Positions 1 to 7,518 of a DNA stretch of 32,000 bases are shown piece after piece. Positions within the stretch are counted from its first letter, which is position 1. Every line of letters starts with the position of its first letter. The DNA is taken from positions 900,001 through 932,000 of the forward strand of contig NZ_JAGIOS010000002.1 in assembly GCF_017876815.1 (NCBI RefSeq). Direction: 5' to 3'. The DNA comes from Sinorhizobium meliloti (GTDB taxonomy: Bacteria > Pseudomonadota > Alphaproteobacteria > Rhizobiales > Rhizobiaceae). The notes beneath the pieces are model-generated. The model searched no databases, was not told the origin of the DNA, and saw nothing but the letters and a program-made list of their open reading frames with translations. The translations under genes were made by a program, and so were the position numbers.

Positions 1-1875
1 CATTCCGAGCACATCCGCGAAATCGAACGCGTCAGCCGTGGTCTTCCCGTGCGCCGCGACGAGACGGTCGTGAAATCGTGGCTGCGCTGCCTGGAGCATC
101 ACCGGCTCGATCCGGCGCAGAGTTGTGAAGCCTATATCGTTCCGGAAACGCGACTTAGGGAACACCGCCAACAATCGGAGGATCTGATCGCCATCGCCCG
201 TTCGGGGCTCGAAAACCTGTTCCGCCAGGTGGCGGGGCAGAACTACGTGCTGCTGCTTTCCGACCGCGAAGGCGTGACGGTCGAGTTCCTCGGCGATCCC
301 CTCTTCGGCAACAGCCTGCGCAAGGCGGGGCTCTATTTGGGTTCGGAGTGGTCCGAGTGGCGCGCCGGGACCTGTGCGGTGGGCGCGTGCCTGGAAACGG
401 GAGAGGCGCTGACGATCCACCAGACCGACCACTTCGACAACACCCACACGCCGCTCTCCTGCACGGCCGCGCCGATCTACGACATCCAGGGCGAACTCTC
501 CGCCGTGCTCGACATCTCGCTTCTGAGTTCGCCGATCCTCAAGGCGAGCCAGAACCTGGCACTGCACCTGGTGAGCGCGACCGTAAGGCGCATCGAGCTT
601 GCCAATCTCATGGCGCAAGCGCGTAATCAATGGGTCCTGCGATTCTCGCGCTCACCCGAATTCCTCGACGTCGATCCGGAGGCGGCGATCTCGATCGACG
701 GTCTCGGCCGCATCGCCGGCATGACGCATGCGGGAGCGAAAATCCTTGCGCGTTCGACAGGCCTCGACTGGCGCGATCCGCAGCAACTGATCGGCGAGCC
801 GGTGTCGCGCTTCTTCGACATCGAGGTCGACAATCTTTCCGACCTTACCCGCCGGCGCCCGACCCGGGAGCGGCTCGTCTTCGCGCGGGATGGAAACGCG
901 CTCTTCGCCCATGCGATCGAGCCGCACTCGAAGGTCCGCGCACCGCTCGTTTCGCGCGAGCAAATTCCACCGGCCTTGCGGCGGCTCGGCGGCGACGCGC
1001 CCGTGATCGCGGCGCTGCAGGCAAAGGCGGCAAAGCTTGCGCGGACGCGATTGCCGATCCTCATTCAGGGCGAGACCGGAACGGGCAAGGAACATCTCGC
1101 GCGGGCCATCCACGAGGGCAGCGGTCTCGAGGGCCCGTTCGTCGCCATCAATTGTGCGGCAATCCCGGAGCAGCTGATCGAAAGCGAGCTTTTCGGCTAC
1201 TTGCCGGGAGCTTTCACCGGCGCTTCGGCAAAGGGTCGCAAGGGCCTGATCGAGCAGGCGGACGGCGGAACGCTCTTCCTCGACGAAATCGGCGACATGC
1301 CGCTTGCCCTGCAAAGCCGGCTGTTGCGCGTGCTTGCCGAGGGCGAGGTGCTGCCGGTCGGCGGGACGGCACCGCGGAAGGTTCGGATCCGGATCGTGTC
1401 GGCATCGCACCGGCCCCTGCAGACGCTCGTCTCGCAAGGAGCATTCCGCGAGGACCTCTATTACCGGCTCAATGCCGCGACGCTCACCCTTCCGGCGCTC
1501 CGGGACAGGCCGGACTTCGACTGGGTTCTGGAGCAACTCCTGAAGCGGCACGGCGATGGCGAATTGATATTGTCCCCGGCCGCGCTTTCTGCGCTCAAGG
1601 CCCACGATTGGCCGGGAAACATCCGCGAGCTCGACAACGTCATCGGGGTCGCCGCGGCACTTGCCGAGAACGGCGTCGTGGAGCTCGGCGACCTGCCGGA
1701 CCAACTCCTGGCGAATGCGGACACTGTCGGCGGAAACGAGGCGAGCGCGACCTTGAGCCTGACGCTGACCGCTTGCAACTGGAACATTTCCGAGGCTGCC
1801 CGCCGGCTGGGGCTCGATCGCTCGACGGTGCACCGGCAGATCAAGCGCTACCGCCTCAAACCGCACCGCCATTGA
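1..1875 (+). CDS. sigma-54-dependent transcriptional activator, AcoR/AcxR-like (GAF-type sensor + AAA+ + Fis-type HTH); 5' end probably just outside the window
   Basis: ORF track gives 49..1875, but the frame stays open back to nt 1 (HSEHIREIERVSRGLP...), so the true start is likely upstream. Walker A GETGTGKE. Sigma-54 contact motif GAFTGA (ESELFGYLPGAFTGA). C-terminal HTH NISEAARRLGLDRSTVHRQIKRY. N-terminal block GTCAVGACLE...AAPIYD...LDISLL is typical of AcoR-type sensor domains. Confidence 0.9.
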   Translation, partial: HSEHIREIERVSRGLPVRRDETVVKSWLRCLEHHRLDPAQSCEAYIVPETRLREHRQQSEDLIAIARSGLENLFRQVAGQNYVLLLSDREGVTVEFLGDPLFGNSLRKAGLYLGSEWSEWRAGTCAVGACLETGEALTIHQTDHFDNTHTPLSCTAAPIYDIQGELSAVLDISLLSSPILKASQNLALHLVSATVRRIELANLMAQARNQWVLRFSRSPEFLDVDPEAAISIDGLGRIAGMTHAGAKILARSTGLDWRDPQQLIGEPVSRFFDIEVDNLSDLTRRRPTRERLVFARDGNALFAHAIEPHSKVRAPLVSREQIPPALRRLGGDAPVIAALQAKAAKLARTRLPILIQGETGTGKEHLARAIHEGSGLEGPFVAINCAAIPEQLIESELFGYLPGAFTGASAKGRKGLIEQADGGTLFLDEIGDMPLALQSRLLRVLAEGEVLPVGGTAPRKVRIRIVSASHRPLQTLVSQGAFREDLYYRLNAATLTLPALRDRPDFDWVLEQLLKRHGDGELILSPAALSALKAHDWPGNIRELDNVIGVAAALAENGVVELGDLPDQLLANADTVGGNEASATLSLTLTACNWNISEAARRLGLDRSTVHRQIKRYRLKPHRH

Positions 1876-1902
1876 GGCGCAATCCGTCGCGGCAGGCGGC
1901 CG

Positions 1903-1952
1903 TGCAACAGGCGCGGCGCCACACATGTTGCAGCCGCGTCGCATCATGCGAC
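1903..1952. promoter_or_regulatory. two inverted repeats, candidate upstream activator sites (UAS) for the sigma-54 activator
   Basis: TGCAACA (1903-1909) N16 TGTTGCA (1926-1932), and a perfect 7-1-7 palindrome GTCGCAT-C-ATGCGAC (1938-1952). They lie 45-95 bp upstream of the -24 element. Confidence 0.45.
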
Positions 1953-1995
1953 ACCTCCACGTTCTCGCTTCTTGAAAACACTCGTTTTTCTGCCC

Positions 1996-2011
1996 TGGCA
2001 CGGTCATTGCA
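1996..2011 (+). promoter_or_regulatory. sigma-54 (RpoN) -24/-12 promoter
   Basis: TGGCAC-GGTCA-TTGCA matches the TGGCAC-N5-TTGCA consensus exactly. Located 79 nt upstream of ATG 2090 and immediately downstream of a sigma-54 activator gene. Confidence 0.8.
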
Positions 2012-2089
2012 GAAGATGGTTCGACGACCAGCGTCTGCGGGCGGTTGAGGAGCCGCCCGTGTGCCATCCAAGCGAAGAGGAGGATACCC

Positions 2090-3892
2090 ATGCTTGAAGA
2101 AAGTCCCGGCACCCGCGTCGATACCGTGCTCGCCAAACTCGGAAAAGCCCTTGAACAGGGCGACATCGATGCGGCCGTCAACCTGTTCCAGGCCGACTGC
2201 TATTGGCGCGACCTCGTCGCCTTCACCTGGAATCTCAAGACGATGGAGGGGCAGGATCAGATCCGCGACATGCTGACGACGCAGCTCGCTGCGATCAAGC
2301 CGGCGCGGCTGCGCCAGGACGAGAAGGAACCGGCGAGCGCCGGCGACGGCGTCACCGAAGGGTGGTTCGAGTTCGAGACCGAGGTGGCGCGCGGCCACGG
2401 CCATATCCGTCTCAGGAACGGGCTGATCTGGACGCTTCTGACGACGATGACGGAGCTCAAGGGGCATGAGGAGCCGAAGGGGCTCAGGCGGCCGCTCGGC
2501 GCCGAACACGGTCATGACCCGGACCGTAAGACCTGGAAGGAAAAGCGCGAAGCGGAAGCAGCCGAACTCGGCTACACGACGCAGCCCTATGCCGTCATCA
2601 TCGGCGGCGGCCAAGGCGGGATCGCGCTCGGCGCGCGCTTGCGGCAGCTGGGCGTGCCGACGATCATCATCGAGAAGAACGAACGCCCCGGCGACAGCTG
2701 GCGCAAGCGCTACAAATCGCTCTGCCTGCACGACCCGGTCTGGTACGATCACCTGCCCTATATCCCCTTCCCGGAAAACTGGCCCGTCTTTGCGCCGAAG
2801 GACAAGATCGGTGACTGGCTGGAGATGTATACCAGGGTGATGGAACTCAATTATTGGAGCTCCACACTCTGCAAGTCGGCGCGATACGACGAGGCGACCG
2901 AGGAATGGACGGTGATCGTCGAACGGAACGGCGAGGAGGTCGTCCTCAGGCCGAAACAGCTCGTTCTCGCAACCGGCATGTCGGGCAAGCCGAACGTGCC
3001 GAAGCTCGAAGGCCAGGACATCTTCAAGGGCGAGCAGCAGCATTCTTCGCAGCATCCCGGGCCCGACGCCTATCGCGGCAAGAAGGTGGTCGTCATCGGC
3101 TCCAACAATTCCGCGCATGATATCTGCGCCGCACTTTGGGAAGGCGGCGCGGATGTGACCATGGTGCAGCGATCGTCGACGCACATCGTCCGATCGGACA
3201 CGCTGATGGAGATCGGGCTCGGCGATCTCTATTCCGAGCGGGCGCTTGCCGCCGGCGTGACGACGCGCAAGGCCGACCTGATCTTCGCCTCGCTCCCCTA
3301 CCGGATCATGCACGAGTTCCAGATCCCGCTGTACGAGAAGATGCGCGAGCGGGACGCCAAATTCTACGCCGATCTCCAAAAGGCGGGCTTCATGCTCGAC
3401 TGGGGCGCCGACGGCTCCGGCCTGTTCATGAAATATCTGCGCCGCGGCTCCGGCTACTATATCGACGTGGGCGCCTGCGACCTCGTCATCGATGGCAGCA
3501 TCAAGCTGAAATCCGGTTCCGACGTCAGCCACCTGACCGAGGATGCCGTGGTGCTGAAGGACGGTACGGTGCTTCCGGCCGATCTCGTCGTCTACGCCAC
3601 AGGCTACGGTTCGATGAACGGCTGGGCGGCCGACCTCATCTCGAAGGACGTCGCCGACAAAGTCGGCAAGGTCTGGGGTCTCGGCTCCGATACGCCGAAA
3701 GATCCGGGTCCATGGGAGGGCGAGCAGCGCAACATGTGGAAGCCGACGCAGCAGGAGGCGCTCTGGTTCCACGGCGGCAACCTGCATCAGTCGCGGCACT
3801 ATTCGCAGTATCTTTCGCTGCAGTTGAAAGCGCGCTGCGAAGGCATATCGACGCCCGTCTATGGCCTCCAGGAACGCCACCACCTTTCCTGA
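2090..3892 (+). CDS. NAD(P)/FAD-dependent class B flavoprotein monooxygenase (FMO/Baeyer-Villiger-like) with an N-terminal NTF2/SnoaL-like domain
   Basis: ATG 2090 is preceded by AGGAGGA (spacing 5). FAD dinucleotide motif VIIGGGQGGIALG. Second Rossmann motif VVVIGSNNSAHDI. FMO/BVMO-like fingerprint FKGEQQHSSQH. The ~130-aa N-terminus (LEQGDIDAAVNLFQADCYWRDLVAFTWN...) looks NTF2-like. The upstream extension to 2045 lacks an RBS. Confidence 0.85.
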   Translation: MLEESPGTRVDTVLAKLGKALEQGDIDAAVNLFQADCYWRDLVAFTWNLKTMEGQDQIRDMLTTQLAAIKPARLRQDEKEPASAGDGVTEGWFEFETEVARGHGHIRLRNGLIWTLLTTMTELKGHEEPKGLRRPLGAEHGHDPDRKTWKEKREAEAAELGYTTQPYAVIIGGGQGGIALGARLRQLGVPTIIIEKNERPGDSWRKRYKSLCLHDPVWYDHLPYIPFPENWPVFAPKDKIGDWLEMYTRVMELNYWSSTLCKSARYDEATEEWTVIVERNGEEVVLRPKQLVLATGMSGKPNVPKLEGQDIFKGEQQHSSQHPGPDAYRGKKVVVIGSNNSAHDICAALWEGGADVTMVQRSSTHIVRSDTLMEIGLGDLYSERALAAGVTTRKADLIFASLPYRIMHEFQIPLYEKMRERDAKFYADLQKAGFMLDWGADGSGLFMKYLRRGSGYYIDVGACDLVIDGSIKLKSGSDVSHLTEDAVVLKDGTVLPADLVVYATGYGSMNGWAADLISKDVADKVGKVWGLGSDTPKDPGPWEGEQRNMWKPTQQEALWFHGGNLHQSRHYSQYLSLQLKARCEGISTPVYGLQERHHLS

Positions 3893-3899
3893 TCGGCAA

Positions 3900-3929
3900 G
3901 ATGCCAGCCGGAGAAGTCCGGCTGGCATC
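3900..3929. terminator. perfect 13-bp stem / 4-nt loop hairpin between convergent genes (bidirectional terminator candidate, no U-tract)
   Basis: GATGCCAGCCGGA-gaag-TCCGGCTGGCATC, starting 8 nt after the monooxygenase stop codon and 39 nt from the TauE stop codon. Confidence 0.6.
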
Positions 3930-3967
3930 GGGCGTGGCCTGGTTGGCGGGCCAGATCCCGGGCGGGA

Positions 3968-4726
3968 TTAAGTGCTCCCCGGAAAAATCCGCAGGAGCGT
4001 CTCTCTTTGCTCCCAGATCATGACCGCTCCGCTCAGCGCCATGAAGCCGACCACGATCGCGCGGAAATTCAGCTCGCTCATGTTCGTCAGCACCCGCTTG
4101 GCGAGCCAGTTGGAGAGAAGCGCTCCCAGCCCGGCGGCGATGCCGAACAACAGCAGCTTGCCTGTCAACGCTCCGAGTGCCGTATATGTGCCGAGCTTGG
4201 CGAGATGCATGGGTAAGGAGATCGCGGTCTTGGTCCCTACCATCTTTTCCTTGGTAATGCCGGCATTGAGATAGAGCGTGTTCAGGATCGGCCCGATGGC
4301 TCCGATCAGGCCGGAAAGAAAGCCGACGACGAATTGTGCCGGGAAGAACCACCAGGTAGCTACCGCAAAGGTCCTTTCCCGCCGGCCGAAGCCGTATTGG
4401 AATATTGTCGAGATCAGGAACAGGCCGACGACGATCTGAAGCCATTCCGCCGAGGTGTTGGAGAAGGCGGCGGCGCCGAGGACGCCGCCGAGCGCCGCGC
4501 CGGGGAGACCCCAGGCGGCGACGCGCCATTCGATATCCCCAAAAAAAATCAGGATGCGCCCGCCTCCCGCAATGAGGGTGGCGACAGCCACCACGGGAGC
4601 GACGGCCTGGGCACCGGCGATGAAGCCGATGAGCGGCACGAGAAGCATGGCTCCACCTCCGCCGCCGATCGTAGAAACGATCCAGGCGATGAAACCCGAG
4701 GCGGCGAGGAGAAGATAATCCATCAT
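3968..4726 (-). CDS. TSUP-family membrane protein (TauE/SafE-type sulfite/anion exporter family, DUF81)
   Basis: 252 aa, polytopic and Gly-rich. IGGGGGAMLLVPL near the N-terminus plus repeated hydrophobic helices are typical of the TauE/SafE family. Confidence 0.8.
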   Translation of the reverse strand: MMDYLLLAASGFIAWIVSTIGGGGGAMLLVPLIGFIAGAQAVAPVVAVATLIAGGGRILIFFGDIEWRVAAWGLPGAALGGVLGAAAFSNTSAEWLQIVVGLFLISTIFQYGFGRRERTFAVATWWFFPAQFVVGFLSGLIGAIGPILNTLYLNAGITKEKMVGTKTAISLPMHLAKLGTYTALGALTGKLLLFGIAAGLGALLSNWLAKRVLTNMSELNFRAIVVGFMALSGAVMIWEQRETLLRIFPGST

Positions 4727-4827
4727 GTCGAACTTGCCCTCAGGCGAGCCGGATCAGACAAGGAGATCCGCGGAAACGTCGTCCGCGAACCTACCGATTA
4801 GGTGTCCGCGCGCGGCTCCCGGGCATC

Positions 4828-5532
4828 CTACCCGAGTTCTATGTAATCCGGATAACGCGCCGCGATGTCGTCGATCATCGACAACGTGCCGGAGAGGTGG
4901 GTCTTCATCGCTTGCGCTGCCTCGACCGGCGCACCCTTTTCGATCCCTTCGATGATCATGTCGTGGGTGTCCACCACACGTTTGGTGCCGACATTGACGA
5001 GATTGAGGCGCCGCAGACGATCGATATGGCCGCTGTGGCGGCGGATGATCGGCCAGATGTGCTCCAGCCCCGCTTCCTCGAAGATGATGAAGTGAAACGC
5101 ACGGTCGGCCGCCAGAAACTCCGCATGTTCCTTCGAAGCGAGGGCTTTCAGCTTGGTGTTCGCCACTCGCAGCCGGTCTGCGATCTGTCCCCTGTTGGCC
5201 TTTTCCGCCAGATTGAAGACGGCTTCCTGCTCGACCGCGCGGCGCATGAGGTGGGTCTGGCGGGCCAGATTGATATCGATTTTGGAGACCAGCGTCGCAT
5301 ATTGGGGGTAGACGGTGACGAGGCCTTCCTCCTCCAGGCGCATCAGCGCGTCACGCACCGGCGTCTGGCTGAGACCGAACTGTTTCTGCAGTTCGACACG
5401 CGAGAGCGCCGTACCGGGGGCGAGGTCGAGCGCGAGGATCCTCTCGCGAAGATATTCCACGATTTGCGGCGCGATCTGCCGGGTGCGGTCAAGGCCGCTG
5501 CGATGTTTGGCAGCCGGAGCTTCCGATGTCAA
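4828..5532 (-). CDS. GntR-family transcriptional regulator (FadR/FCD subfamily)
   Basis: Winged-helix block LSRVELQKQFGLSQTPVRDALMRLEEEGLVTV followed by an all-helical FCD-like C-terminus. TTG start at 5532 preceded by GGAGGA (spacing 8). Confidence 0.85.
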   Translation of the reverse strand: MTSEAPAAKHRSGLDRTRQIAPQIVEYLRERILALDLAPGTALSRVELQKQFGLSQTPVRDALMRLEEEGLVTVYPQYATLVSKIDINLARQTHLMRRAVEQEAVFNLAEKANRGQIADRLRVANTKLKALASKEHAEFLAADRAFHFIIFEEAGLEHIWPIIRRHSGHIDRLRRLNLVNVGTKRVVDTHDMIIEGIEKGAPVEAAQAMKTHLSGTLSMIDDIAARYPDYIELG

Positions 5533-5563
5533 AAATCCAATCCTCCAGGACGGTTCCCGATCC

Positions 5564-5591
5564 TGTAATAATGCATTAATGTGTTAGTGTG
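5564..5591. promoter_or_regulatory. two overlapping degenerate copies of the 20-bp palindromic operator, between divergent GntR genes
   Basis: 5564-5583 TGTAATAATGCATTAATGTG and 5572-5591 TGCATTAATGTGTTAGTGTG each match TACACTAATGCATTAGTGTA at 15/20 positions. Confidence 0.55.
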
Positions 5592-5639
5592 AAGTGGATC
5601 TCGCCGGCCGGCCTCCCCGGCAGGACAGGAAGGATCGCC

Positions 5640-6371
5640 GTGCCCGAGAAGTCGCCCATCCTCGAAAGCCTAGCCGAAGCCCGCCCGTCGAGCTATGCCG
5701 ATCAGGTCTACGGGCGCATCCTGCACGACATATTGAACGGCATCTTTCAACCGGGCGCACGTCTGCCGACAGAGAACGAACTCGCCGAACGCTTCGGCGT
5801 CTCGCGGCCGGTCGTCCGCGAGGCGCTTGCGCGCCTGGGGGTCGACGGCCTCGTGGAAGCGCGGCGCGGCAGCGGCACCTATGTCTTGAGCAGGCCCTCG
5901 CAAGATCTGCCGAACCTGGCCGACCTGGAGGATATTTCGCGCTTCCTGCGCTATCAGGAGCTTCGCTTCTACGTGGAAGGCCAGGCGGCAGCACTGGCAG
6001 CGGAGCGGCGCACGGAAAAGCAGCTTGCCGCCATTCTCGAGGCCCATGAGGCCTTCGCCCATGAGGTCGGCCGTGGGGCCTTCCTGCCGGAAAGCGACAG
6101 GCGTTTCCATCTTGCGATCTGCGAGGGGACGGGAAACGAGTTTTTCGCCAAGGCGCTGGAGGGCCCGGAGGTTTCGCTGACCAGCTTCATGAACGTTTCG
6201 CTTGCCCTCACCCGGTCCGGATCGCAGGCACGTGCCCGCCGGGTCATTGCCGAACATGCCGAGATCGTCGACGCGATCCGCACGAAAGATGCCGTATGGG
6301 CGCGGGTGGCGATGGAAACGCACATCATCAACGCGCGCCGACGGATGACGGACGGTACAATCGACTCCTGA
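5640..6371 (+). CDS. GntR-family transcriptional regulator (FadR/FCD subfamily)
   Basis: HTH block LPTENELAERFGVSRPVVREALARLGVDGLVEARRGSGTYV plus an FCD-like C-terminus. GTG 5640 is preceded by GGAAGGA (spacing 6). The track start at 5589 (GTG) has no RBS and would lie inside the operator, so 5640 is preferred; 5589 is not excluded. Confidence 0.8.
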   Translation: MPEKSPILESLAEARPSSYADQVYGRILHDILNGIFQPGARLPTENELAERFGVSRPVVREALARLGVDGLVEARRGSGTYVLSRPSQDLPNLADLEDISRFLRYQELRFYVEGQAAALAAERRTEKQLAAILEAHEAFAHEVGRGAFLPESDRRFHLAICEGTGNEFFAKALEGPEVSLTSFMNVSLALTRSGSQARARRVIAEHAEIVDAIRTKDAVWARVAMETHIINARRRMTDGTIDS

Positions 6372-6438
6372 TAGGTAAATATATTTTACAAATCGTTGGC
6401 CATGTTGTAATGAAAACCGACTTATGGAGGAGGTTCTC

Positions 6439-7395
6439 ATGCAAACTCGACTTGGTGCCCGTGATTACGCAGCTTCGGTGGTGGCAGTTCCGCCCATCGC
6501 GCTGAATGCGGATCTGACGGTGAACGCCGACGCCAACCGGGCGATCATTCGTCATATCGAGGCAGGCGGGGTGCGCATTCTCCTCTATGGCGGAAATGCC
6601 AACCTCTATCATTTCGGCCTGGACGACTATCGCGCGGGCATGGAGGCGGTGATCGCGGCTGCTGCGCCGCAGACCGGTCTCATAACGTCGATCGGTCCGG
6701 ATTTCGGCAAGGCCATGGCGCAGGCGCCGATCGCCCGCGACCTGGGTTTCAAGAACGTGATGCTGCTCCCGACACAATTCCCGGCAGATCCCGCCGGTGT
6801 CGCCAATGGCGTGCGCCGCCTCGCGGCGATTCTCGGCCATGGCCTCGTGCTCTATCTGAAGCGGGAGAATTATGTCGATCCGGACGAGCTTGCCCGCCTC
6901 GTCTCCGAAGGCGCCGTCGATTTCGTCAAATATGCGGTGGAGCGGGCCGATCCGGCGCAGGACGCCTATCTCGATGCCGTCATAGGGGCGATCGGAAAAG
7001 ACCGGATGGCGAGCGGCATGGGCGAAACGCCGATCCACGATCATCTCGGCCGCCGCGCACTGACGACCTATACTTCGGGCGCGGTCTGCATTGCCCCTTC
7101 GGCCGCGATGGAGCTCCTTACGCTCTACAAGGCCGGGCGCGGCGCCGAGGCATTGGAGCTCAGCCAGCCGTTTCTGGAGTTCGAGAGAGTTCGCACGGAC
7201 CTTGGCGGCTTGCAGGTGCTTCATGACGGCATGCGGCTGGCGGGGATCGCCGACACGGGCCCGCTGATGCCCATGATCTCCAATCTGAGTGCTGCGAAGC
7301 TTGACCCCGTCGGCGCCGCGGTGGAGGCCTTGAAGGCGGCGGAAGCCGCCTGCCTGAGGCGCTCCGGAAAGGCAGCGGCGGCGGCTTCAGCCTGA
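6439..7395 (+). CDS. dihydrodipicolinate synthase / N-acetylneuraminate lyase (DHDPS/NAL) family protein, divergent member (class I aldolase or dehydratase)
   Basis: ATG 6439 is preceded by GGAGGAGG (spacing 5). TIM-barrel-like alternating pattern. Candidate Schiff-base lysine in VDFVKYAVE. The canonical GTTGE and YNxP motifs are not conserved (YGGNANLYHF, LYLKRENY), so the assignment is family level only. Confidence 0.6.
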   Translation: MQTRLGARDYAASVVAVPPIALNADLTVNADANRAIIRHIEAGGVRILLYGGNANLYHFGLDDYRAGMEAVIAAAAPQTGLITSIGPDFGKAMAQAPIARDLGFKNVMLLPTQFPADPAGVANGVRRLAAILGHGLVLYLKRENYVDPDELARLVSEGAVDFVKYAVERADPAQDAYLDAVIGAIGKDRMASGMGETPIHDHLGRRALTTYTSGAVCIAPSAAMELLTLYKAGRGAEALELSQPFLEFERVRTDLGGLQVLHDGMRLAGIADTGPLMPMISNLSAAKLDPVGAAVEALKAAEAACLRRSGKAAAAASA

Positions 7396-7396
7396 G

Positions 7397-7442
7397 TTGA
7401 CACTTTTGTGTGGACACACTAATACATTAGTGCGCTAGTGCG
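7397..7442 (+). promoter_or_regulatory. sigma-70-type promoter overlapped by a copy of the palindromic operator
   Basis: TTGACA (7397-7402) N17 TAATAC (7420-7425). Operator copy CACACTAATACATTAGTGCG (7415-7434) matches 16/20. An extra direct half-site TAGTGCG sits at 7436-7442. Confidence 0.6.
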
Positions 7443-7518
7443 GATGCGGTGCCGGAGGACTACGAGGCCGAAAACGGCCCGCCGCAACGTCCTGGTCTTT
7501 ACCGAGGAGGAGAAAGAA

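Noticed and set aside
2045-2089. Upstream-extended starts offered by the ORF track: 2045 for the monooxygenase, and likewise 7438 (SBP), 10814 (ATPase), 17180 (dehydratase), 20797 (GT4) and 30351 (amidohydrolase)
   Set aside because: Each extension lacks an RBS and encodes Arg-rich sequence, or overlaps an upstream gene or operator. In every case an internal ATG with a good Shine-Dalgarno sequence gives the N-terminus expected for the family.
652-2181. 509-aa ORF on the - strand overlapping the sigma-54 activator gene
   Set aside because: It is antisense to a gene with unmistakable AAA+/GAFTGA motifs. It has Arg/Ala/Pro-rich composition and no recognisable domain. This is the usual open antisense frame of high-GC coding DNA.
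1856-3928. 690-aa ORF on the - strand covering the whole monooxygenase gene
   Set aside because: Antisense artefact. The + strand frame has the FAD/NADPH Rossmann motifs and a proper RBS. The - frame has no motifs and runs through the sigma-54 promoter and the terminator hairpin.
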